A stretch of DNA of 63,825 nt, the filler included, from Platydemus manokwari (taxonomy: Eukaryota): assembly GCA_037951405.1 (NCBI GenBank). It is 6 parts of 6 records of this genome, joined end to end, with 100 filler letters (N's around TTAATTAATTAA, not from the genome) between each part and the next. Parts side by side here need not be neighbours in the genome. Positions count along the whole stretch, not along the records: positions 1 to 9,976 come from JBBMOY011182656.1; positions 10,077 to 22,418 come from JBBMOY010124455.1; 4 more parts are not named here. One strand, written 5' to 3'. Positions 1 to 10,826 of this stretch are shown here, piece after piece. The translations under genes and the position numbers were made by a program. The notes below the pieces were generated by a model, which was not told the DNA's origin, made no database searches, and saw only the letters and a program-made list of their open reading frames with translations. Position 1 is the first letter of the stretch. The number at the start of each line of letters is the position of its first letter.

Positions 1-1680
1 TATAAGTACAGTATCTTAATGTTGGATCTTCCATTAGAATATTAGTCACTTAAGGAATCTTGCTCAATTATATATCGTATGTCGATTTTCACAATGGAAC
101 AATTGTGGATACCATAACTGTGAATTCTGCGTTATATAGGCATCAATGAGTCGCTTGTAGAAATTCTCTACGGTTATTTATTTAATACCATGTGTGTATA
201 TTTTATGTTTTTGAATTTATTGAGAAATATTCTCTGCAATTAAATTTATTCTGTGCGATTATTTTATCGATAGCTCGAATTTATTAAGCCCGCTAATTAA
301 TAATTTGACTAGAAAATTGTTCCAATGTATATGTTTATTATAGAGTAAATTCTATGATTTCTATTTATTAATATGAATGTCTGGTTTTATTAAGTAAAAG
401 GGTTATTATTTGGATTTAATTTATATCACATTTTATTTCTGGTAATCATAAAGCCACCAGAATTTACATAAAATATTCAATATTAATTTTTATACAAAAA
501 TACTTTTACAGATTTAATAATATTTTATTCATTGTTAGATAAATCAACGCACTACCTTTACCAGATCATGGTAATTTAAAATTGTTAATAACTTCCTAAC
601 CCTAATATTTTAAGTAATGCAAAAAATGTAAGTTTTATCTTTATACTTTAATTATCGCATCTGAGGTTGTCACCTCAATTTAAAAATGGAAATAAAAATT
701 TTTACTTCTATAAGATTTCTTATCAATTTGTATGATTGATTAATTCATGGAGTTCATTTGACAATGAACATTTTTGCGTGTTTAAGAAGTCGAATAGGAA
801 CAAGATAGAATAGTTAAACCAATTTCTTAAATTGATTACAACACATTATTTATACTTATGAAGATTTTAAAATGATGAATTTCATTTTTATTTAAATAAT
901 TGTTTCTTTTTATTTGAGACTTATAACAATCATGCTATTAAATAATTCTGGAGCAATTAATAGGAAATACTATTACCATTATAATTATTATGTAGGTACA
1001 ATTAAGTAAGTCGTATAACAGTAATTTATGTTTAATAAAAGCAATGAATTTAAATAATTATTACTAAATATTCTACGTTCACTTATAAATTTCATTATCA
1101 AATACAACTTGTTTATGCTATGACCTTCCATAGTTATATAAGTGAAAATCATTTTTAAACATTTAAAAACCGCAAATTGGTCGTCACTGAAATTCATTTA
1201 GATAATTTGTGATATGCATGGTAAGTATTTTTTAAAACAGACTCAGAGTTTCATAATCTCAACCAAGTCATGAAATTAATTTGAATAATTTTTATTTTAT
1301 TTATAAATTTCGAACAAATTGATTTATTAACCATCGCAATGAAACATAAAAATTGTTCTAAATATTTTCATAATGACAGAATCATATTCATTAGTTTCAC
1401 TATTTAAATATTTTGAACTTAATAAATTTATCAATAATACTTATTATAAAATAAATTAATTTATCAATGAATAAAAGGAACTTATTTAACCTGAAAACAA
1501 ATTATGAGACTTCTAAGTAAAGCAACTGCAAATGTTTTGAGACGAATATTATTATCATTAATCATTCAATTATGATCATTGCAAATAAATAATAACTATT
1601 GACATTATATTTAAAAAATTAAAAATTCCATAGAATGAGTTACAATAAATATACTGTTGTTTTATTAACTCAAATGTGGC

Positions 1681-1693
1681 ATGACCTAGTAAC
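1681..1693 (+). promoter_or_regulatory. Candidate RFX X-box upstream of MDH1B
   Basis: ATGACCTAGTAAC has a TAGTAAC half-site about 20 nt before the ATG. MDH1B is associated with ciliated cells. Confidence 0.35.
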
Positions 1694-1713
1694 GATTTTT
1701 TCATTAATTTTAA

Positions 1714-4700
1714 ATGGCCAAAATTGTGGTAGCAGGTGATAAAGTTAGCTTATTTAATAAGATTTAATTTCCTCTAAAGGTTGTTCCGATTGTCCTTATT
1801 TTGCAAAAGTAGAATTATTAGCAGATAGATTAAAAATAAATGTTCCAAATTTCCATGTACATAAAATTGTTAAAGATCGGAAAGAATGGAGTGTAATTAA
1901 TTTATTTTTAGATCAACGTAAAACATTAAATTATTTTAATTAAGGCATGGATAATAGAACTATCCAAGTCTAACAATTGGAATGTGAAAGATTCGCCAAT
2001 AATATGGAGAGAATTAGTTGACAGAGGCGGTAAAGGGCATTTAATCGGAGGTCCAAATGAATTTCAAGAATATGTGAGATGCTACTACAGTATCATATCA
2101 GATTTAACATCCAATCAAATGCAAGACATTGCCGAAGACAATATTCGTTTCAAAGAAGACGAAGATCGTGAAAACCGAGAATTCAAAGCCCTGTCAACAC
2201 CGACGAAAGTCTGCATATCTGGTGCTATCAATGATTCCGTACCACATTTCGTGATATCTTTAGCACGAGGAGATGTACTGAGTAAAAATACCGAACTCTC
2301 TATCGTGTTTCTTGACAAAACCATCAGTCTGCCAGCATTGAAAGGTCTCCAAATGGGCACATTCGATTTGGCATACCCGCTCGTAAGATCGATCTCGATC
2401 ACAGATGATTATGAAGCCGCTCTGATTGACAGTTCTCTGGTGATTATATTCGATGAAATGAACGATTATAACGTTGATACCCACGATGAGTTCATGAGAG
2501 ATTCCCAGGAATATTATGAATACATTGGAAATGTGATTGAGAAATACTGTCCATCCGATGTCAAAGTGCTTTTGGTGCCAACGACAACAAAGAACTTCAT
2601 CAATATCAATCTGATCTCCATGCATCGAATGTTGCAAAGAATTCCCAAATTCAACGTCGTCGGATTGTCGAGACCGGTCGAACAGCAAGTGCGTTCCGTT
2701 ATCGCTAAAAAACTGTCCGTCAATCCGTCAAACATTCACAACATCATTGTGTGGGGCAATATTGGCGGCAAAACATTTTTCGATTTAACAAACAGTCGAG
2801 TGCACCAATACGATGGATCGGTAGTGGGGCCCGAACCGTATTCGTTGCCGGTGGAGAAGACGATCTGGGACAAGAAATGGTTGAAGAATGAGATGGATAA
2901 TTTGGTGTCACGACGATTTAGAGAGATATCGGAATTGCGTGATCAGATTGGTAATCCATTGGCATTGGCATCGGCAATCAGCACATTTCTCAATCAATGG
3001 ATCAATGGTGATGATAATGGTTATATCCATTCATTGGTCATTTCGTCTGAAGGTTGGTATGAAATACCGGAAGGAATGGTGTTCTCGATGCCAGTGACAT
3101 TGAATCCCAAAGGTTATTGGACGGTCGTTCAAGATATTGAGTTATCAGAAACTCAATTCAAGAGGATAAATGAGTGTGTAGAGGTATAGGGCTATATTAT
3201 TGGTTTATATTATAATTAGGATTTCATTTAATATGTCTCCTCATTGATTATTATTCTCGTCGATCTCATTGGTGGTGGGCTGAAATTCTTTGATAAAATT
3301 AAACACATTTCCTTCAATCTGTTTTTTATTGTCTATTAATTTTTTTTTCTTTTTTTTCTTTTTCTTTTTCTTTTTTTAATAAATCAATAAATATATCGCA
3401 TATCATAGATTATATCGGTACGATATTCTTTACAACGTGATTTATAATGTCATTCTCAAAATTTTATTGGTCTTCTCTTGAATAATTGCCATTATTCTCT
3501 CATTAATCGATTGTTTTATTTGATAATTTTCATTAATTTTTCTGGAATTTTATTTATATTTTCTATTTATTCATTGACAAATTCATTGATATGTGCTTAT
3601 TTAAATAGTGAATTATGTTTTAATGATCAAGTATTTTATTAATTCTATATTATTTCAAATGATACCTCTAATGTTCGCAATTATTCCAACAAAATGATTT
3701 TTATTCAAATAATTATCGGACATACACACTACAGTATTTTTCGGACTATAAGGCACATCCTAAAAAATGAACTTTGTGTAGAATATTTTCACAAATAAGG
3801 CACATCAATGAATTGACTGATTAATATATTAAATTAACTTAACAATATATTACATGATTTAATGTTACTCATCATCTAAAATGTCACATTTGCTTATACT
3901 GACATCATCACCATCTTTTTACTATATTTTAGCATTAATAAATCTTTTAATCACTGTTGAAGCTTTTACTTCCATCAATGGTTCCACAATTCCCTGGCAC
4001 AATGTGGAATATATTGCTCTTCGCTGTCTCATTTCTTGCTCTCTTCTGCTATCCAATTTCCCCACTTCAATCTAAACTTCGACTTAAATTGTCTATTGGC
4101 AGTAATGTCCAGTAGCTCTAAAAACTCCGTAAGACCACAAGGAATAACTGCTAAATTTGAATTAGTGTTCATATTTTCATAATAACCAAAGATTTATAAA
4201 TTTTATGAAAAATAATTTTTTACATAAGGCTCACTGGATTATAATGCGCACCTTATAGTTCTTATAATCCAGAAAATACGGTAATTTTGGCACAACGTTA
4301 TTTTAAATCAAACTATATTTTATTTAAAAATAATACGATGTTTAATTTAATCCATTTCAACCAAATCTCGAGCTCTGATGTATTTTTGATGTTAAAAATT
4401 ACAATCTTTAATGACAAATATTATTTAAGTAAAAAATCCTTTGCTAAATATTAATATTGTTGTGTGATGTGCAAGATCCATTTTGGATTTTGGCATGATC
4501 TCCATTATTTGAATAAACTCGAATATTAATAAAATAATATCAAACAGACATAAAATAATTTAAATATCGTGTTTAAACTTGATAGGAGATTGTAAAAATC
4601 TCAATTCGACAAGGAAATTCTTGTTGTATGTCATAGATATTGTTCAATTTATAAATTAATTTTTCAATCATGAACTTATTCTTCAGGATATCAATCAAAA

Positions 4701-6382
4701 TATCCAAATGCTCTATCCATGGATGTATAACAATAATTCTGCAGGTATGGCTGTTAAATATTTATTTGAAAATTATATAAATCATTTTGTCTTATTAAAG
4801 TCGTTTCTATAAATTTTCAATGTGGAATTGTGATTCCTACTGTTGATTTATATTTATATATCTTAAATCGGTGGTGTTAAACATATAATGTGAAAAGTTC
4901 CCATCAATAAACATCCACTTTACAGTGAAATGGATTACATTCCAGAACTGTTGAGATTTTCAATATTCATTCGTTAAATCTAAGTTTTTAAAATTATTGA
5001 CTTTAGCTATTTCATAAATGATTTTCAATATAATATGCCATGAGAGGATTATAAGACTTTGCTGATTGAACCATTTACTATGCGTCATGTTAGTTCTCTG
5101 ATCGACATGTTTGGTACTCATTTCTGCTTATTAGTATCAAATAAGACCTCGAATTTATTCATTCGCACATTGACTTATTAAAATCCACAACTATTTTACT
5201 CAACTTGAATGATGTAAGCCGCTACTATTTTAGAAAAAGTTAGCATTGAAAACGACTGAAAAAGTCACGACACAAAATTTTATAGTTAATTGCAGTTATT
5301 TAAACAAAGTAATATCTTTTGATATTAATCTATAAAGAATTTTAAATTTTAAAATCCTGACATCCCTCCTTTCAGTAAAATATTTGATTTTCTATGCATT
5401 CCTAATAAACTCTTTATATTTTCTTTATGTCGTCTCTACATCTTTTTCATTTCTTCACTTTATGTTATCTATATCGTCTATATAACGTCTCTATATCTTC
5501 GTTATATCATTATCATTTCCTCCTCCTTCTCTCCTATATTTTCATGCCATGGGCCTTCTTAAAATCAAATCCAAAATGTTTGATAGCCTTGTGAATGGCT
5601 ACTATTTTATAAAACACGTACTGAAAACGACTGGATATTATCTTTGAATCTATATTGGGATATAAATTTAATCGATGCAAAAATCATTAAATCGTTCGAA
5701 AATTAATTTTAAATGTGAATTACCAGCTTAGAAGACAATTACAAATCGATCCGACAATCATTCATAAAATTTCATAAACTAATAACCCCATGATGAAATA
5801 CTTCATCAGAAATACGTCTTATAGATCCAAATATAATATATTAATAAACATGGGACAATTTTCATTTGTTTTGTGCTATTAATTATATCAAATTCTTCAT
5901 TATATTTATTATTCTAGTTGAATATTGTTAAAAATATTTATTTTCTATAAAATATTATTTTAGAAATGGTAATAGATGAAGCATTTATCGATAGTCAGAT
6001 ATACGCATTGATGCAAGAAGTTTATCCCAAAGAAGAATTGTTATCAATACGAAATTTAATCAATAATTCCTTGAATCTCGATGAAAAAGTAGAAATCAGT
6101 CGGAGCAAAGAATTGCTAATATCAACAGTTGATGATCTTCAAAGGCCGCCTGCAATGAAGTCAACGGCCATTGAGAACAATGTTGAGTTGGAGACCAATC
6201 AAAACGAGCAGGAAAGATCAGAAATTATTGATCAAACTATTGATGAAACAAACGAAGAACCGAATGATAACTCTGAAGAAGAAAACAATAATATTAACGA
6301 GGACAATGATGATTTCGAAGATAATGACAATTCGGAAAATAACAGTGTTGATCAATTGAAAGAAGATGAAGACGAGGATTAA
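1714..6382 (+). CDS. MDH1B: Malate dehydrogenase 1B-like protein; exons 1714-1735, 1780-1892, 1945-3183, 4687-4744, 5964-6382
   Basis: Spliced N-terminus [37 protein letters not shown] and [20 protein letters not shown] match the MDH1B N-terminal domain. MDH-like core follows ([25 protein letters not shown]). All five exons have GT-AG boundaries with compatible phases. The last two exons (acidic tail) are inferred from phase continuity. Confidence 0.9.
3732..4281 (-). mobile_element. pogo/Tigger-type non-autonomous DNA transposon in MDH1B intron 3
   Basis: TIRs CAGTATTTTTCGGACTATAAG ... CTTATAATCCAGAAAATACGG, TA on both flanks. Minus-strand residue [21 protein letters not shown] resembles the C-terminus of pogo DDE transposases. 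Confidence 0.75.
5213..5640 (-). mobile_element. TRIM-like miniature LTR element, copy 1 (3' LTR 5213-5362, partial 5' LTR about 5590-5640)
   Basis: On the minus strand a PPT GAAAGGAGGGA abuts TGTCAGG...CTTACA, with a purine-rich interior. Homologous to 14221-14375, 34937-35096 and 55296-55924. Confidence 0.65.
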
Positions 6383-8255
6383 ACAAGAAACAAAATTATT
6401 TCTATAAAATGGCCTTTATTTGATACATTTTTCACAGAGTACAACAACTAATATATTGGATTAGTAAATGTATTCTTTTGAAATTATCAATATACATATA
6501 TATTTATGTATTTTGTTTTAATGGAGTCATATTCATATATTACACCGGAACCGTTGTTAAATAAATTCTAACAGAATCACAAAAATGATATCACATAATT
6601 TTCTGAGAAAGTTCTTAAACCAAACGGTACCATTGGTGATTATTGTTTGTCATTTCCTATATTAGCAATATATGAATACGTGTGAGCTAAAGCCATTTTC
6701 ATCTCTCAAATTGGCTTGTAAATACCGTTATCACAAAATATATTCTGATATTCAATATTTCACATCCGAGCTCCAACATGAATAAGAAATCTATTTGTTT
6801 CTTGAAACCCTAAAAAGTGAATATTATCGTCGAATTTAGCAATGTTGAGTACATAAAACAGAAAATGTTAGTCTCAAATAGAATGAAACAAATAAATAAG
6901 TTCTTACAATGATTGTTTTCTCAAATACCTGTGTTTCCTTGTAATTTATTGTGCTCTTTTATAGTAAGTAGTCAGTGTTTATTATTCTTGAGTAATGCTT
7001 AAACAAGTTCTTCTCACTCGCACAGTCTTCTGGTTCTCCTAGTATTAGAAAAGTCATAAAGTTCATTAAGTTTGTTTGTAACTCTTGCTGTCATGATAGC
7101 ATGAGAATTATGAACAGTTATCTACTTTTATTGGAAATCACTCATCAACATTTTGAGATATTACAAGATGAAGCTTTTTAATGAATTTTTTGGTCGATGG
7201 AATTGTTTGATCTGTGGTTTATTACTATTATGAACTTTTATTCTATATTTATCTTATATTTATATCATAATTTATTTTATTTATCAATAATATGTTTCTG
7301 TCAAATCATCTTGAGAGTGCTATATTTCTCGATCGAGAATGATAACATTAGGTCCCATCTGACTTTGTTAACTTTTCAGGAAATCACACAGGAAACATAA
7401 AAATACCACATCACACATTCGTTATTTGTACTGATTGTACCGCGTCATTAAATAAACTTCGGCGCCATTGTTGTTATTTCTATATCAGTAGCTAGGGTAT
7501 GTTGGAGATTTATGTTGCTGAATTATTTCCAAAAAATGCGGGTTTTATTTTGCTTATTATCACTGTCGTCTTGATTAGTTCATTTTAGTTCTCATTAAGG
7601 GCACGGGTGTAACCTACTTTACTGTAATATTTTTAGCTTCTCAAAATTAAAATTTGTATTAACTAAAATAATATGCTCGAAGTCTCAATAATGTTATATA
7701 TGCTAGTATTTAATATATAAATACAGAATTAAAACAAAATTAAATAATAATGTTTATTCAATTCGAACATATAATTTAAAAGACAAAATTGATTTATAAG
7801 GGGTAGCCTAGTGCGTACGCTCTTTCGCACCCTAAAATATGACAATATAAGGTAAAATAAAATATCGTTACCATATTTTATAATAAATTTTTCAATTTGC
7901 GCAGAAATTTTTATTTTTGTGTAATTTTGAATAATATTTTTCAATTATTTATACTAATTGATAATATGTACTTCATATAATAAATATAATTAATAAATAT
8001 TAAATTATAATTAATTCATTTTTTAATTCACGTAGCTCAATCTGTAATCCATTATGAATTGGATTTTCATTCTCCCATGGGATTTATTCTGACGACAGTA
8101 ATGCGTGGAAATCTATTACCTGTAAGCTTTTCAAAATTCCGTCGGGCTCTGCGTGAATTTTTAGCCATAACATAGTAATCCTGGGTTTTGGGTTACTTGA
8201 TAATTTGGTCTCAAAATTATTATATAAACAGGTGGTTAATTTCTATATATCTTTT

Positions 8256-8315
8256 AGTCCTATATATCTCTGGTCCGAGACACTGATGAGGCCCACAGGA
8301 AGCCGAAATAGGACT
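8256..8315 (+). ncRNA. Hammerhead ribozyme 1 (type III fold; alternative type I fold extends to 8326)
   Basis: AGTCCTAT-A|TATCTC-tggtcc-GAGACA-CTGATGA-GGC-ccacaggaa-GCC-GAA-ATAGGACT. Complete CUGANGA/GAAA/UH core, 8-bp stem III, stem II, and stem I with one mismatch. Confidence 0.85.
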
Positions 8316-8381
8316 CTATATGTATCATAAAACTACCATCATCATCATTGTAGCTATCGTTCTTGAAGGTTCCGAGGAATC

Positions 8382-8439
8382 GTCCTATATATCTCTGAAT
8401 CAGGATACTGATGAGGCCTATGGAGGGCCGAAATAGGAC
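8382..8439 (+). ncRNA. Hammerhead ribozyme 2 (type III)
   Basis: GTCCTAT-A|TATC-tCTGaatCAG-GATA-CTGATGA-GGCC-tatggag-GGCC-GAA-ATAGGAC. Complete core and three stems. Loops differ from copy 1 while pairing is kept. Confidence 0.9.
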
Positions 8440-9976
8440 TATTTTTCAACAAAATGAAGTTAATTTATTTATTTGTTGTATCTTGACCACTTAACAATAA
8501 TAACAACAACAAATCTCTACGCAATTCACAAAGAAAATCATTCAAGATGGGATCAGTACTCGAAAGTGAAAAACAAAATAAAGAATAATCACAAAGACTA
8601 AATACTGAAATCACATATAAGCTAAGCACTGACAGGAATCCGTGGAACTCAACCTCTTTTGTAGACAGATCGACACATGTGTTTATCGGGTTTGCGTGTA
8701 ATAACTCTTTTTAGGGTTTTTCATTGGTTCTAGTGACCCTTTAGACTGATTTGTGAAATACACAACAGTTGTTAATTACTCCTATTATATCTACTTTATA
8801 ACTAAAAATTAAAAAATTTGGGTTTAAACAATAATATACATTAATATTAAATAAAAACAAAAATAATAAAATTAAAATAAATAATAATATAATAATTTAT
8901 GGGAATTGCCTTTGGATAAATTTTGATTTTGATCTTATCAATTCCAAAGAAGATTATGATTTATATGATCCTTTGACAGCATTGGGGAAAAATCAATTCA
9001 CGAATGAACAGAGCTCGATAAATAGAAATATTATAGATGTCAAGACATGATTTTAGAATGTTCTTAACAATTAGGCTTTAACTTAATCTTCCAAAGATGA
9101 AAACTGGATATAAACAGACTTTTATCACCGGAACGTTACAATCTTTTCTCTTCTATGAAATTATGGAATCTCGGTATCATGTATTTCCTTAATTTTGTCC
9201 ACTGTTACTGTCTGTGAAGACTTATATGGGAATGACTTGATGAATCACTTGTAGAAAGAAATTAACGAAGATAATTTTTGATGTGCATTCGCTTTCTCTG
9301 AGCAATAATTTTAAATTAGAAGTTAATCCAATAATCAACATCAAATCGTCCTTGAACGAATGAAAATATAGATAAATTTTAACCGACCCAGTAAATCGGG
9401 AACTGCTGCCAAAAGTGAATTTTTGACAATTGTTGGGATAGCATGGAACGTCTAGTGCTGTATTCAGATAGTGAAGAGAGCGAAGACGAAAAAACTCCAT
9501 ATGCCATTAAGTCCTACAATGAATGGAGACACAACAGCAGCTGTCCCAGAAACCACAATTACCACCACAACAACAACCACCAAAATCCCACAACCATCAA
9601 CGAGCAGTCATGTGTACAAAAAACCAAGAACACCCCAAAGGCCGGGTACACCAATAGGTAAGAAACCTGAGACAATAGTGATAAAACCCATATAACCGAG
9701 CCCAAAAAGGGAAACATGGGCTACCCAAAGCTAGTGCGTGGATTTAGACGCTTGATGTCAGCAAGGATTAAGCGGAACTGCGAGTTTGAAATCAGAACAG
9801 CCAGTACCATCCAGTAATCAATCCAATAATGACTTATATCCTATTTTTTACATTAATTTTGATTTGATCACAATCTGGACCAGATATTTTATTGATATTT
9901 GATCAAATACTGATATTTTAATATGAATTGTGAATTTTTGTAATTATCTTGATTTCAATATTTTGAGAATTTTTGT

Positions 9977-10076
9977 NNNNNNNNNNNNNNNNNNNNNNNN
10001 NNNNNNNNNNNNNNNNNNNNTTAATTAATTAANNNNNNNNNNNNNNNNNNNNNNNNNNNNNNNNNNNNNNNNNNNN
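9977..10076. other. Artificial contig spacer (also 22419-22518, 32131-32230, 44668-44767, 54426-54525); 10-N gap at 25205-25214
   Basis: Identical N44-TTAATTAATTAA-N44 design; the linker gives stop codons in all six frames. Confidence 0.97.
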
Positions 10077-10812
10077 AAGTATCCTATTTAAAGAATTTTA
10101 CATAAGCGTAGGTGTATAATAATAATTTTGAAATCTCTTTAATCTTTATCCTTAATTAATCCACCACAATCCATTGAAAATTACGATTGAAAAACTTATT
10201 GTACAACAATAATGAATTGTAAGCCATCAGAATAAATGTTAATAAACAAATTAAATTGTTTACAATAAATAAACAAAAATAGGTAGATGCACTGATAGAA
10301 ATTGAAGGTTTCTAACGATTAAGACGAAATAAACCAGAATCCGTTTCTATTCAGTGGAGAGAGGTCTGCAAGGATTACGAATCATTGTTTTATTCAAGAT
10401 TTTTTTATTAAGAAAAGACAGATAATTGAATGAATGAATGGATTGATAATATAATTGAATATTTTCTCCTTTTATGCATCATTTTCATTGTTTTTTTTTA
10501 TCATTTTCTTATATTTTATAATGAATGTCATTCACCTTTTATCCTTCAATATTTCAATTTTTGTCTACAAAATCAAACAAAACCATATCTTCACGAATGC
10601 TTTGTCCAACAGAAAAATCAACAATTCGTTTTTCGTTTATTATTTTTGTTCTTTTATTGATAATAATTCTTAGCATCGGTATTGATTTTGTTTTCGGCAT
10701 CAAATATTATTGAAAAACCGATAACCAACTGACCAATAGAAATATGGGGTTGTTGCGTTAACGGTCATAATTGCAGATGATTAAGTTAGAGTATGACACA
10801 AAACAATCTGAA

Positions 10813-10826
10813 GTTGCCATGGCAAA
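10813..10826. promoter_or_regulatory. Near-perfect RFX X-box palindrome
   Basis: GTTGCCATGGCAAA matches GTTGCCATGGCAAC at 13 of 14 positions. Target gene not identified. Confidence 0.45.

Noticed and set aside
2115-2735. Antisense ORFs within MDH1B, and plus-strand ORFs 28808-29218 opposite the POU exon
   Set aside because: Shadow ORFs of real coding exons, with no motifs.
10021-10032. Recurrent TTAATTAATTAA palindrome
   Set aside because: Always centred in N44/N44 runs, so it is an assembly linker and not biological.
10430-10713. Hydrophobic Phe/Ile-rich short ORFs (also 7197-7400, 21929-22048, 55499-55729)
   Set aside because: Products of low-complexity T-rich or repeat DNA, with no family motifs.
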